Shown: positions 11,136 to 22,545 of the stretch, in pieces | Layout: every line of letters begins with the position of its first letter | Position numbering within the stretch: position 1 is the first letter of the stretch | Origin: Chrysochromulina tobinii | Taxonomy: Eukaryota | NCBI GenBank assembly: GCA_001275005.1 | Contig: JWZX01003269.1 | Location: 1-64,000, forward strand | DNA length: 64,000 bases | Reading direction: 5' to 3' | Notes under the pieces: generated by a model | Databases searched by the model: none | Told to the model about the DNA's origin: nothing | What the model saw: only the letters and a program-made list of their open reading frames with translations | Made by a program: the position numbers and the translations under genes

Positions 11136-11710
11136 TCAGTCATCCTCATCCCCCTCTGCAGGCTCTTCTTCAATCTCGAGGATGCCCTCAGGAATTGTGT
11201 CCCCGATGAACTTCTCAAGCAGCGGCGTGTTGATGCCCTCGACCTGCTCGATGATCTCGCCATCCTTGTAGATCGCAAAGAATGGCTTCGAAGTGAGCGC
11301 CTGCTTCTCAAACCCGGGAACGAGCTTTGCATCCATCTGCACGAGGGGCGGACGCATACACACGAGTGGGTCAGGGTGTTGTGCGCTACATGCGCCAGTG
11401 CTCGGTGGCATGCGCTCTGCGTCCAAAACTGATGGCAGGGTGCCTGCACGATTGGCAGAGCTGTCGCGTCCCAAGGTGCCGACTGCTGGAGCGGGCGAAC
11501 CTTGTAGAATTTGACCTTCCGGCCCTTCAGCTCGACAGCTAGCCTCTTATACGTCGATTTGACAGCGTCCGAGGGACCGCACCATGTGCAAAAGATCTCG
11601 ACGACGTGGAGCATGTCCTTCTCGTAGTCATTGCCGCTAATCTTGGCAAACTGCGCTGGGTCTTCGATGAGCTTGGCGATATCTTCCTCCTCGTCCTTCT
11701 TCTTGGACAT
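11136..11710 (-). CDS. Thioredoxin-fold protein (outer-arm dynein thioredoxin light chain/NME8-like), two exons
   Basis: VVEIFCTWCGPS...YKRL and KPFFAIYKDGEIIEQVEGINTP; a GT-AG intron at 11337-11500 joins the two ORFs in frame. Confidence 0.8.
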
Positions 11711-11932
11711 CTCGCACTTCGCAGCGGCGCGAGGCCCGGACGCGGTTAGGAAGGCAAAAGCAGCCCCAACAACGCCGCTCAACGTGGCGCCTGAACTCAA
11801 TCGAGTAATTTGTGACAGACAGACTTGTACCTTGTGGCACTGTGATGAATAGTGGATTACACGATGTACAAGGCAGGGTTTAGACGAGCGCGAATGAAGA
11901 TACTCATCACGAAGGCCGGCCGAAGAGGCGCC

Positions 11933-12401
11933 ATGCAAGTAAACACGAGAGCTGTGGCGGCCTCTGTGCTGCCTGCCAGTTTGCGACGCCGATCTGGCTC
12001 TGGCTGCTCGTACAGCAGTGAGCAGCGGCTGCGGCCGTGCGGCCTGTCTCGCAATCCAACTTTGTGCCACCTGCAGCTTGCGTGGCGCCGCAGCGCTGGC
12101 CTCGCACAGCCAGCCGGCCAGTGTGCGATCGAGCGTGCTAACCTGACCGTGTTTGGCGTGCGCGTCTGCTCAGATCAAGGTGAAGACGCTCACCGGCAAG
12201 GAGATCGAGATCGACATCGAGTCTGAGGATACCATCTCACGCATCAAGGAGCGCGTGGAGGAGAAGGAGGGCATCCCTCCACCACAGCAGCGCCTCATCT
12301 TTGGTGGCAAGCAGATGGCCGATGATAAGAAGGCAAGCGATTTCAACATCGAGGGTGGCACCGTGCTGCACCTTGTGCTTGCGCTACGCGGCGGCTGCTG
12401 A
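11933..12401 (+). CDS. NEDD8: Ubiquitin-like protein NEDD8/RUB1, two exons
   Basis: [16 protein letters not shown]...[26 protein letters not shown]...[10 protein letters not shown]. First coding exon ATG CAA (11933-11938), intron 11939-12173. Confidence 0.95.
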
Positions 12402-12961
12402 GCGCGCTGCTGAGAGGGTTGCGCAGAGTGCAGTCGTCCAGCCCTGAGCCCGATCGGCCCGCATAGCACTACCAGGGCTGCGCGCCTGTACATTGAGGGC
12501 GGCGGACAGGGCATCATCGGCGCTGCTCCCTGCGTAACCCAGGCGTCTCCCTATTTTTCGCGTGGGAGGCAGTCGAGCCGTCGTCGTTCGTCTTTCTCTC
12601 CGCTGCGCCTCGGCGGGCGAAGAGGATCCATACTGTATAGTCCAACTTAGTCCTCTGTACTTCCACAGGCTCTCGCATGATCTTGATAAGGTTTTGCCTA
12701 GTCGGCTGTGAGAACACGCTTTTCTAACCCATGACATGCGCTGGATACTTGATCTAACCGGATACATCGACTGAGCCCGACGATCCCCGGGAGATCCTGC
12801 TTCTCACTTCCGCGTCGGTCCGGTCGTGCCCGAGCGGACGGCGCACGGTCGACGGTGGGCGGGGCGGGACCTCCAGTACCGCAACGCTACGCCCGCCTCG
12901 CCCGGAGACACAGTGTGCCACCGCCAAGCAGATCGCCGCGCACAGCGGGGCATGAAGGTCA

Positions 12962-13921
12962 TCAGAAGTACTCCCTGCCTCCTGGACGCCAGGCCTCCTC
13001 CTCGTCGTCGTCCGAGTCCTCCTCATCGGGATAATCCACCTCATCCCCCGAGTCGGAGCCCTCAGCGTCGTCGGCCTCCTCTAGCTCGCGCACGGCGTCC
13101 GCGTCGAGCTCCTCCCACCAGAGCTCGCCCCACAACCCGTTGGTGCCGCTCGACGCCTCCTCGGGAGCAGCCAGGCTGTACTCGTCGTACACGTAGTCGC
13201 CCACGTCTGCCACGCTTGACGACGGCTCAACGTCGGTCGATTGCGTTGCGCCATCCTCGCCAAGCGCGGCAGCCGCGGCCGCGTCCGCGCGCGCATCCTC
13301 GCCCAGCGCGGCAGCTACTGCCGCGTCCGCCCAGATATCGCCGTGGGGTTCAGAGGAGGTGGAGGGGGCACGCCAGCCGCTGCTTACCGCGTACTGCGGC
13401 TGTGGAGGTAGTGGCGGGCCAAAAGGGACCAACTTTGGTCGCGGGGGAGGCGTGGTCGGCGTGGCAGATGCGTCAATGCGAGTCAGTGACGGCACACTCG
13501 CGCACTTGTGCACGGGCGGCACGCGCTGCAGCTCGAGCACGTGCTGCTGCACTCCACCGTCAATGCTGCTTGAGCGGCGCAAGGAGACTGTACGGTATCG
13601 CGCCTCTGACTGCAAGGCGCGTGCGCTCTGCTGATGGGCCCGAGCACGCGCTTCGGCACTGTCAGCGGCGGGCTGCTGCGGCGGCGGTGCCGACAAGGCG
13701 GTTGGTACAAATAGCCCACCTGTCAGGACTTTGGTGCCAACAAGGCGGTACCGCGTGACAGCAACTTCAAGCTGGGTATCTACCGAGAGGTTTGAGATGG
13801 ACGCAGGCCGCCGCTTGGCGCCGAGGAGAAAGCCACTCAGCGCGGGCTCATCGCGCTTGCGCTTTATGCGGACGATTTCGGGGCACCTCTCCAATCCGGT
13901 GTTGACACTCGTCTCCTCCAT
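12962..13921 (-). CDS. IWR1: IWR1/SLC7A6OS-like RNA polymerase II nuclear import factor
   Basis: N-terminal PEIVRIKRKRDEP, DYVYDEY, and acidic C-terminal DSGDEVDYPDEED, which are the motifs typical of Iwr1. Confidence 0.75.
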   Translation of the reverse strand: MEETSVNTGLERCPEIVRIKRKRDEPALSGFLLGAKRRPASISNLSVDTQLEVAVTRYRLVGTKVLTGGLFVPTALSAPPPQQPAADSAEARARAHQQSARALQSEARYRTVSLRRSSSIDGGVQQHVLELQRVPPVHKCASVPSLTRIDASATPTTPPPRPKLVPFGPPLPPQPQYAVSSGWRAPSTSSEPHGDIWADAAVAAALGEDARADAAAAAALGEDGATQSTDVEPSSSVADVGDYVYDEYSLAAPEEASSGTNGLWGELWWEELDADAVRELEEADDAEGSDSGDEVDYPDEEDSDDDEEEAWRPGGREYF

Positions 13922-14163
13922 ACTGCCGGTTGGATTGAGCTGTGAACGATCACACTGCTGTGAACAACATTATTTTGCGTCTACGTCATCACACTCCGTC
14001 CCGGCCACCCGCAACCTCCAAGCAACTCCCGAGATCTATCGTATCTCCACCGCGGCGCGGTCTCGCACAAATCGTCTTCGGCATCGTGAGTACCTACGCC
14101 CTCGCGCCTCGCCACCATGCCAAACTGGCACCGCTCACGCCAGCGGCACCAACCAGCATGCGG

Positions 14164-15618
14164 TCAGTGCACCTCGACACCGGCGGCCGCCTCGAGCAAC
14201 TTGGTGATCTCCGGCTTCTTGTTGATGGATGCGATCTCTAGAGGCGTCTTGCCATTGCCCGAGGCTGCTTTATGCACATCGGCCTTCGCCTCGAGGAGCG
14301 CCTTCGCCGCGTCCACGGCGTTCGAGCGCACAGCAAGCCCCAAGGGTGTCCATCCGTCGCGGCCCACGGCATCCACGGCCGCGCCGTATTTCGTGAGCAG
14401 CTTGATCGTGTGCACATTACGCAGCAGGGTCGCCTGATGGAGCGCCGTGTTGTCCTTGCCGAAGGCCTTGCAGCCAAGGCTCAGATCCGCCTTGGCCAGT
14501 ACCAGCAGCTCGACGACCTCGTTCAGACCACCCATGAGCGCCAAGTGCAGCGGCGTGGCGCACTCGATGTTGGGCAAGTTCGGGCTCGCCTTGTGCTCGA
14601 GCAGCAGCCGCACGAGGCTCGGGTCACCGGGCGGCGCATCCTCGCCAGCCTCCTCGGCTTGCTCGACCATGCGGATCACGGCCAAGTGCAGCGCGGTCTG
14701 GTCGGTGTTGTCGAGCTTCTCGATCTTGCCGTCCACTTTCTTGCCCCACTGTCCTGAATGCTGGCCGTCCGTCCGGAGGCTGATCGCGTTCACCGGTGCG
14801 CCATGGGTCAAGAGCTTCTCGCATACGGCGAGGCTGCCGGCCTCGGCGGCAATGTGGATGGGCATCAGGCCCTGCGCGTTGTGTAGGCTCTGCGCCGACG
14901 TGAGGGAAGAGATCGCCTGCTTAGCAGCGAGCACCGCGAAGCTCATCGCGTCGTCGGTGGCTGTGGAGCTAATGGCGGATTTGTTCTTGCTGGCCTCGCC
15001 GAGGATCATTTCGAGACAAGCAGAATTGGCCGCCGGCGCCTCCTCCTCCTCGACGAGTGGATCGTCACCGATGCTCTCGCCCAGCGCGGCCTTGACGGCG
15101 AGATGGAGCGGCGTCTCGCCCTCGGCGTCCTGCTCGCTGAGCTCAATGCCATTCGCGAGCAGCTCCCGCAGCAGCTCGACGTCGTCCGCAATGACGGCCG
15201 CGTGCGCCTTGAGCGACGGCGCACCGCACAGCTCGCGCATCTTCTGATCCTTCGCCACCTCGTGCGCTCTCATGCCGTTGCCAGCTTTGATGCTCGGATC
15301 TGCCCCACACTCAATGAGCAGCTTGGCAACGGCGTGCTTGGAGCTCTGCGAGGCCATGTGCAGCGGAGTGATGCCAAACTGATTCTGCGCGTTCACGTCG
15401 GCACTGTAACGAATCAGCACTTCCGCCACCTCTATGTTGCCCCAAATGGCAGCGACGTGGAGTCCTGTCTGCCCGATCTTGTTGGTAGCGGACGGGTCCA
15501 TGCCCTCTTCGAGCAGTGCCGTCATGGTGTCCACATCATTGTCCTTGGAGGCGCGAAGGACAAGGTCAAACGGAGCAGCCCCCGCAGGCTTCGCACGCTG
15601 GTTCGGTGATGGTGGCAT
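14164..15618 (-). CDS. Ankyrin-repeat protein
   Basis: Multiple GxTPLH/TALH ankyrin repeats. Confidence 0.92.
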   Translation of the reverse strand: MPPSPNQRAKPAGAAPFDLVLRASKDNDVDTMTALLEEGMDPSATNKIGQTGLHVAAIWGNIEVAEVLIRYSADVNAQNQFGITPLHMASQSSKHAVAKLLIECGADPSIKAGNGMRAHEVAKDQKMRELCGAPSLKAHAAVIADDVELLRELLANGIELSEQDAEGETPLHLAVKAALGESIGDDPLVEEEEAPAANSACLEMILGEASKNKSAISSTATDDAMSFAVLAAKQAISSLTSAQSLHNAQGLMPIHIAAEAGSLAVCEKLLTHGAPVNAISLRTDGQHSGQWGKKVDGKIEKLDNTDQTALHLAVIRMVEQAEEAGEDAPPGDPSLVRLLLEHKASPNLPNIECATPLHLALMGGLNEVVELLVLAKADLSLGCKAFGKDNTALHQATLLRNVHTIKLLTKYGAAVDAVGRDGWTPLGLAVRSNAVDAAKALLEAKADVHKAASGNGKTPLEIASINKKPEITKLLEAAAGVEVH

Positions 15619-15869
15619 CCGGTGCGAGGCGGCCGCCTGGGGCGCGCACAGCTTCAGAGCAGCAAACAAGTGTATGCCCAGTCGCCCTGGTGGGGGTGCT
15701 CAACTTGTGCTCGAAGTGCTCGTCTTTTGTGAATCGGCAAAGCGAAGTGTTTGAAATTTCGAGCGATCCGGCTTGACAGACGCTCACACTCAAACACGCC
15801 CTTGGCACAACCCGTCATCGAGCAATCTCCGGAAGATGCACATCGCGAGGGGACGAAGATCCACTCAAC

Positions 15870-18545
15870 ATGCTTGCGTCACGAGCCGCCGCACCGCTGG
15901 CGCTCCGCAGCCATCCCGAGGTTTACTCGGCAATGCGCTCCCCATTCCCATTGGTCCGCATGGCTGAAACAAGTCAGGTGAAATCATGGTACGACGCTGG
16001 CCTCCGGCTCTTGAATGAGCCTGAGTCGCCGACTGTTGAATCCTGGTTCGATGAGGGTCTGGCTGTGGTCGAGCGGCGCAATCAAATGGCCGCTGCGCTC
16101 GCGCAGAAGAGAAAGGCGATGCTCCTAAAGCGCGAAGGCGCTGATGCGATTGCACGCCGCGAAGAGAGCACCGCCAAGACCGCAGAGATGGCAGCGGCAA
16201 AGAAGGCAGAGCCACGCTCTCTCGAGGCTGAAGTGGACAATTCACAGTTGCCTCCTGCACCGCCAACTCCCCTGCCCTCGCCAGCGCCCTTGGCCACATT
16301 GGAGACGTCTGCCTTGCTCGGTAAGCTGCTGCTAACTGTGGCCAAGGTAGCTGAAAAGACGACGGCGGTCATTGATGCACGACTGGCGGAGGCTCCCCTG
16401 CCGGCCCGGATCACTGAGCTGGACCGCGTGGAGAAGCTCAAGTTTGCGGTTCCACGGTATGCCTTGGCAGCAGCGCAGCTGGCTTACGAGGACGCGACGG
16501 CCAAGCTTGAGGAGCTGTGGACGCCCGAGACGCAGGAGACTGCGCAGCGCATTGCCACGGAGATCCTCGCTGTCTCCAAGGGATTGGCCGTGGCGGGCAT
16601 GGAAACGGCGAAGCAGCTTGCGGAGAAGTTCACCGAGCAGGCTAAGGCGGCCACCGAGGAGGAGCCCCAACGCACGGCGGCAGCGGAGGAGTCTGAACGA
16701 GTGGCGCGGCCCTCGGTGGATTCAATCTCGGATTCAATCTCGAAGTCAATCTCGATGGATTCAATGCCGCCGCCGATGGCCCCTGCGCCTGCACCCGCGC
16801 CCGCAGCTCCCAAGATGGCCGACATCGTCGACACTGCGGGCGGCGCTGGTGCTTTCAAGACCCTCGCCGCAGCGCTTGGTGCTGCCGGCCTCGTCGACAC
16901 CATGAAGAGTGTGGGGCCCTTCACCGTGTTCGCGCCGACGGACGCCGCCTTTGCCAAGCTGCCCGCGGGCACCATCGAGGACCTCCTCAAGCCCGAGAAC
17001 AAGGCCAAGCTCGCCGCCATCCTCACGTACCACGTTGTGCCTGGCAAGGTGATGGCCAGCACTGTGGTCACCATGGATGGCGCGAAGGTGCCCACCGTCA
17101 ACGGCGCCGAGGTCACCATCAAGGTCGGCAAGGACGGCGTCATGGTCGACGGCGCCAAGGTCACGACGACCGACATCGAGTGCACCAACGGCGTCATCCA
17201 CATCATCGACTCCGTCATCCTACCAGCGGCGGTGCCGGCCAAAGAAAAAGAGGAAACGTTTTCATTCATGGCGCCTCCGCCCGGCCTCGAGTGCAATGAT
17301 GATGACGAGTGCGTGCTGCCCGAGTTGGAGAACGAGGACGAGGAAACCTCGGCCGTTGCCGACGAGGGGGACTCGATGGCCGCGGGTATGGCTGTTGTCG
17401 AGCGGCGCAACCAAATGGCAGCTTCGCTCGCGCAGAAGAGGAAGGTGATGCTCCTGAAGCGCGAAGGCGCTGCTACGATCGCTCGCCGCGAGAAGATCGA
17501 AGCCGAGGAGCAGAAGAGGAAGGTGATGCTCCTGAAGCGCGAAGGCGCTGCTACGATCGCTCGCCGCGAGAAGATCAAAGCCGAGGCCACGCAGCAAGCA
17601 GCGACCAAGGCTGCGACTGTTGCAGCCGAAGCAGCAAAGACAGCTGCTGCGGCTGAGGTGGAGCGCATCGCGGCCGAGGCAGCGGCGGCGGCTGAGGCGG
17701 AGCGCATCGCTGCCGAGGCATCGTCGGCGGCTGAGGCTGAGCTTATCGCTGCGGCAGCGGCTGAGGCGAAGCGCATCGCTGCCATAGCGGCGGAGGCGGA
17801 GCGCATCGCTGCCGAGGCAGCGGCGGCGGCTGAAGCGAAGCGCATCGCTGCGGATCAAGCCAAGGCTGATAAAGCTGATAAGCAAGCCAAAACTGCTAAG
17901 GAGCAAGCAAAGGCTGATAAGGCTGATAAGGCTGATAAGCAAGCCAAGGCTGTCAAGGAGCAAGCAAAGGCCGATATGGCGAAGGAGAAAGCCAAACAGG
18001 AAAGGCAGCAAGCAAAAGCCGTCAAGGAGGAGGCGAGAAAATTAACCGACGAGGAGGAGGCGTCGCCATTGTCAGCAGCCGATGGGTCGGCACCCGACGA
18101 GGCAAAGCGCAAGACGGCGGAGCAAGCGGAGGTCGAGCGGCTTGCTGCCAAGGCAGCGGCAGCAGCCGAGGCAGCGGCAGCGGCCGAGGCAGCGGCAGCG
18201 GCCGAGGCAGCGGGAGCAGCCGAGAAAGCGGCAGCGGCCGAGGCAGCAGTAGCAGAAAGACGTCTCAAGCTTGACTACATCAGGGCGCAGCTCAGCATTT
18301 CAGACACGCTTCCGGTGAAGGAAGTCGTCCAGCAGGCGAACGCTATGGTGGGCTTACCCAACAAGGGCACTCTTTCGACGCAGGTGGAGGCGCTCTTTGA
18401 GGCGGTTGCCGTACCCGACCTGAAACGCTTGGCAGCGGAGAAGGCGCAGGCCGAGAGGGAGCAAGCGGAGAAGGCGAAGGTCGTCAAGGGTGCGGCAGTC
18501 ATCATGCCAGGTGACATTCAACCGGGCTTCTCGGGAGGGTGGTGA
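15870..18545 (+). CDS. Fasciclin (FAS1)-domain mosaic protein with Ala/Glu/Lys-rich repeats
   Basis: [17 protein letters not shown]...ILTYHVVPG...[14 protein letters not shown]-terminal SWYDAGLRL motif; internal duplications. Confidence 0.85.
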   Translation: MLASRAAAPLALRSHPEVYSAMRSPFPLVRMAETSQVKSWYDAGLRLLNEPESPTVESWFDEGLAVVERRNQMAAALAQKRKAMLLKREGADAIARREESTAKTAEMAAAKKAEPRSLEAEVDNSQLPPAPPTPLPSPAPLATLETSALLGKLLLTVAKVAEKTTAVIDARLAEAPLPARITELDRVEKLKFAVPRYALAAAQLAYEDATAKLEELWTPETQETAQRIATEILAVSKGLAVAGMETAKQLAEKFTEQAKAATEEEPQRTAAAEESERVARPSVDSISDSISKSISMDSMPPPMAPAPAPAPAAPKMADIVDTAGGAGAFKTLAAALGAAGLVDTMKSVGPFTVFAPTDAAFAKLPAGTIEDLLKPENKAKLAAILTYHVVPGKVMASTVVTMDGAKVPTVNGAEVTIKVGKDGVMVDGAKVTTTDIECTNGVIHIIDSVILPAAVPAKEKEETFSFMAPPPGLECNDDDECVLPELENEDEETSAVADEGDSMAAGMAVVERRNQMAASLAQKRKVMLLKREGAATIARREKIEAEEQKRKVMLLKREGAATIARREKIKAEATQQAATKAATVAAEAAKTAAAAEVERIAAEAAAAAEAERIAAEASSAAEAELIAAAAAEAKRIAAIAAEAERIAAEAAAAAEAKRIAADQAKADKADKQAKTAKEQAKADKADKADKQAKAVKEQAKADMAKEKAKQERQQAKAVKEEARKLTDEEEASPLSAADGSAPDEAKRKTAEQAEVERLAAKAAAAAEAAAAAEAAAAAEAAGAAEKAAAAEAAVAERRLKLDYIRAQLSISDTLPVKEVVQQANAMVGLPNKGTLSTQVEALFEAVAVPDLKRLAAEKAQAEREQAEKAKVVKGAAVIMPGDIQPGFSGGW

Positions 18546-19061
18546 GAACGTGAACATGGAGCATGTAGACGAGATGCATGAAAACGATGCTAAGTTTTAC
18601 ATGCCATGGCCAGCAGACAATGACGTTCTACCGGGCTTCTCACCCTGGTGGCTTCTACATGGGACAAGATGCAAGAGCATAATTGTAAGCTTCCATGCCA
18701 TGAGATTGCCTTGAAGGTGAATAGTGAATGGGGCCGGAGGAACCTATGCCAATGTCTCGCCTAGGCTCCAGAGCTGGATTGCGGATCGGCGACGAGACGA
18801 GTCCGGAATCACGTGGTCACAAGAAGTTGCTGTTCGTACGGGTAGTGTAGGGGCGGGGGGCGGGATCGCTCTAAAGCCCGAAGGGGTTGAAGTCGAGTTA
18901 AAGTCGAGTGGGTGGCCCTTGCTGTATAATGCTAGATACGAATAAAGCAATCGGGTCCTGAATGGTGGTGAATGCGCCTGTCAGATCGTGCTATCTATCG
19001 TGTAGATTTGTTTCCCCAGAGCTCTGAGGCCGGGTCGGAACAAATCTACAGAGTAGAGAGT

Positions 19062-22000
19062 TCAGAATATGGGCGGGCACGGCAACGACCAGCGCACAGC
19101 TAGCCTCAATGCATTCCAACCCTCGACCTGCTGCACACACCTCACTTGAAGCAGCCTCTCCGCAATCGGCAGTGCGATGTCATAGGAGCGCTTAATAGCG
19201 AGCGGCGCAAACGTGGGCGCAAAGCTGGGCAGCGGAGCGTCAACCGTGCTCGGCAGCGAGGAGGTACTGCTCGCTTTGGATCGCGCAAAGTGCGGCCTCA
19301 TTCTCTTCCTGCTGCTCACCAGCATGAAGTAAGCGCGGGCCTGCGTGAGGGCGTCGTAAATCACGAGCCGGGTGCGGCAGCCCCGGTATTGGCGTTGAAT
19401 GCGCCGAACGGCCGCATGTACGGCCTTCATGCGCTTGCGCATGCGGTTCGCGCGCACGATTGCCTGGATCATCGTGGCGTTGCCACTTTGCAGGCGCAGG
19501 CGTGCTTTCGCGAGCCACACTCGCGAGCCCGACTGGATGATGGCGCTCGCTGCCTGGGTGACCATGCGCTGATTCTCGAGCGCCTCCGAAAGCTGGGTGA
19601 GGGCAGACATCTCCAGGCCGGAGCCCTTGCCGCCTTGCACGCGCACGGGCGTGTGCTTGACGCGGATCTTGCTCTTCGGAGGGATCTGCGCCTCGAGTCG
19701 GCCTAGACGGTGATTCAATGTTCGCACCATCAGGTTGAGCAGATGGCCCACCGCGTTCTCTGTGGGCTGGCGCGCCGTGTCCCACCATTCGCCGTCTTCG
19801 CGCTTCACAAAGTTCTCATACTTCTCGCGGCTCGTTTCCCTGAGGTGCATAAGGAACTCAAAGGCGTCCGCCTGCCCAGATGCCTCGAGCTGATCATCCG
19901 TGGGCAGTGCCTTGCAAAGCGCAGCGCGCACGATCGCCTCAAGGAAGTCCCAAAAGGAGAGATTCTCGACTTTTTCGCGACTCTTGAGCGCGTTCTCGTC
20001 AATGACGCACATGCGACTCCATAGAAAGATGAGCCGCGCGTCATCGATCGACAGGTCGTCGTCGATGATTGCAAGGTCGCGCGCCAGCTGCACCCACTCG
20101 ACGACGGAGAGGAGCTTGTTCGACTCCGCTTGCTTCTTACCCAAATCGCCGTCTCCCTTGGCGTAGCGTTCGTAGAGCATTCGCAGCGCCGGCTCATACA
20201 TCCGGAGCGCGGAGTCTGTCGCCTGCGTGTAGCAATACTTATCGCGAAATTCGTTCGAGTCCTGGCGCGTCGCGGGATCACACTTGGCCTTCATCGTCTC
20301 GAACAGCTTCACGAGAGCGTCGGACACGTCAGTCAGCTTCGCCCTGCCCGTGAGCACGTAGCGCGCGACCGCGACCCGGCACAGGCATTGCATGTACTCG
20401 GCACGCGTTAAGCCGAGCTTAGAGTTGTGTTCAAACCTCTTGCGCTTCGTCGTCGTCTTCTTCTCGGGCGCCTGGTAGATGCCGAGCGCATTCACCAACG
20501 GCCCCTCCTTCACTGCTGTGTTGGCGACGACGAAGATGAGGTCATAGTTGCCCATGTCGGCGGTGCCTGACCCGCTGACCACGAGCTCACACTCCTCAAG
20601 GAACGCCGAGTAGCCCAGGTTCGTGATATGGAAGAGGTCGTCGGACGGGCTCTGCGTCGCATAGTGGTCGAAAGTCGACAGGAAGAAGCGCGCATTCACT
20701 ACGAAAACGGACTCCATCTCCTTGAGGAACGCGTCGAGCTTGGAACGAGGCACGCTGCTCTGGTCTTTGGTCTTCATCGCGGCGTCATGCTTGAGCAGGA
20801 ACTGGGTCAGATTGCTCGTCTCGATACACTCGCGCCAGTCGGTCTGCACCGCTCGCTCGAGGCAGCGATCCGTGTCCCAGAAATCCTTCGAGTCGGACCA
20901 TTTCTCGCGACCGCGCCATATCGACTCGGCAATACGATACGTACTGCTCGATCCGCTCCCACCGCGACCGCGATTGTCGTTGTCATTGCCCTTGCTTAAT
21001 CCGCTCCCACTTCGCCCGCGATTGTCATTGCCATTACTGTTGTCGTTGTCGCGCGGACACGACGTGCGCGATGCCACTGGTGCCGCTGCGGCCTCGGGCA
21101 CGAAGAGCCGATTGCGCTGCACGCAGACTAGTGCGTGCTCAAAGGCGCGTCCCGACGCGCTCGAGGTGGGGTCGCGCTGAATCCCCTTGAGCGCACGGTG
21201 CGCTGAGAACTTGAAGTCGCGATGGCGCTTCTCGAACTTGGAGACGCGCTCGGCCAGCTCGCGCCGCCGCTCGAGGGTCAGCGAGATCGGGATCTCCCGC
21301 TCGAGGGTCAGCGAGATCCCTAGCTCCGCCATATGCTTCGTTACCGCCGGCGCGTCGCCGAGGGTGCTGACGGCCTGAGCAGGAGCCGCCGGCGCCGCGA
21401 CAGTAGACGCGGTTTCAGCGGTCACCAAAGCTGACGCTTTGAGAGAGGACGTGCCAAGGATTGGGGCACGGCGGTGAGACGGCTGCGAGTTTAGGTGCGG
21501 CGAGATGCCGGGAGAAGCTGGTGCCGAGGAGTCAAGCCGAGGTCGTGTACACGCGCGCGAGATGGCTGCTGCAGAAATTGGCGGCGGCCGGTGGCGTGGG
21601 ACGATTGCACTGTTTGCAGCACCAGAGGTGGCGGTGTTTGCGGTGGAGGCGGTCGTCATGCCGAGCGCGTGCACATTGCCTGATCGCCCCAACTCAGCAT
21701 GCTTGGGCGATCGTGCTGTAAGATGAGCGGCGGGCTCGTCATCAGCTTCCACTAGTACCGTCTCAAACTGAAATGCGGGCGAGCCTCTCGACGGCGTCCA
21801 ACCTCGAGCGCCCGCGGTGAGCCAGTGCCGAGGAGCTGTGCGCAAAGCCTGTTGCACGAAAGCTGGTCGCAGCAGCGGCTGACGCGCGCTCCAAGGTCGT
21901 GTCGATGGTGGCTCGGCGGCGGCGTCTGCTGTTTGTCGAGCGGCACGTGCAGATGCAGGTCGTGGTGCCGTGCCAGTACTTGGTGGTCTGGGAGCGAGTC

Positions 22001-22328
22001 CAGGCGTGAAACCTGGCGTGAGTCCGGCTTCGTCCACGTCGTCGGCGGTGATCCTCCGAGTTTTGCGGGCCCCTTCAAGAAATTCACGAAATGTTGATGG
22101 ATGCCGTGCCTGCTCAAGACAGGCCTTGCAAGCGCATGCTCGGAACCCACTCCGATAGCATCGTTCAGGACCCTGCGGCGCTTCAGGAATGGGCTTGCAA
22201 GCCTCGGCCGACACACGAGGAGGCAGAGCACGCAGCACGGCCTCATACATCTTGTTGGCATGCGTTCCTCCAGACTCACAGTCCGTTAAAGCGATTGCAG
22301 ACATTGCCTCGGCGCGTCCGCGTCCCAT
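19062..22328 (-). CDS. Large hypothetical protein with EF-hand-like helical region and three IQ-like motifs
   Basis: 1100-codon ORF; IQSGSRVWLAK, IQAIVRANRMR, IQRQYRGCRTR; LTRAEYMQCLCRVA and LSFWDFLEAIVRAA helices. Confidence 0.7.
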   Translation of the reverse strand: MGRGRAEAMSAIALTDCESGGTHANKMYEAVLRALPPRVSAEACKPIPEAPQGPERCYRSGFRACACKACLEQARHPSTFREFLEGARKTRRITADDVDEAGLTPGFTPGLAPRPPSTGTAPRPASARAARQTADAAAEPPSTRPWSARQPLLRPAFVQQALRTAPRHWLTAGARGWTPSRGSPAFQFETVLVEADDEPAAHLTARSPKHAELGRSGNVHALGMTTASTANTATSGAANSAIVPRHRPPPISAAAISRACTRPRLDSSAPASPGISPHLNSQPSHRRAPILGTSSLKASALVTAETASTVAAPAAPAQAVSTLGDAPAVTKHMAELGISLTLEREIPISLTLERRRELAERVSKFEKRHRDFKFSAHRALKGIQRDPTSSASGRAFEHALVCVQRNRLFVPEAAAAPVASRTSCPRDNDNSNGNDNRGRSGSGLSKGNDNDNRGRGGSGSSSTYRIAESIWRGREKWSDSKDFWDTDRCLERAVQTDWRECIETSNLTQFLLKHDAAMKTKDQSSVPRSKLDAFLKEMESVFVVNARFFLSTFDHYATQSPSDDLFHITNLGYSAFLEECELVVSGSGTADMGNYDLIFVVANTAVKEGPLVNALGIYQAPEKKTTTKRKRFEHNSKLGLTRAEYMQCLCRVAVARYVLTGRAKLTDVSDALVKLFETMKAKCDPATRQDSNEFRDKYCYTQATDSALRMYEPALRMLYERYAKGDGDLGKKQAESNKLLSVVEWVQLARDLAIIDDDLSIDDARLIFLWSRMCVIDENALKSREKVENLSFWDFLEAIVRAALCKALPTDDQLEASGQADAFEFLMHLRETSREKYENFVKREDGEWWDTARQPTENAVGHLLNLMVRTLNHRLGRLEAQIPPKSKIRVKHTPVRVQGGKGSGLEMSALTQLSEALENQRMVTQAASAIIQSGSRVWLAKARLRLQSGNATMIQAIVRANRMRKRMKAVHAAVRRIQRQYRGCRTRLVIYDALTQARAYFMLVSSRKRMRPHFARSKASSTSSLPSTVDAPLPSFAPTFAPLAIKRSYDIALPIAERLLQVRCVQQVEGWNALRLAVRWSLPCPPIF

Positions 22329-22545
22329 TCCTGCAGGTTGGCACGTGGCAGCTCGGCGCCGCACCGCGTCCGTCCGAAAGGCCGCCCGTCCTCTCTTAGC
22401 GCATTGTCGGTGAACGGGGTCCTGCGCGGCGGGGGCGCCCTGTGAACATATGTGAACTCGGGACGGAAGACGCCGGTTCGAGTGTGACCTTCGTGACTAT
22501 GAATACGAGACTTCTCGTCGTTTTATTGGTGTGAAAACGTGTACC

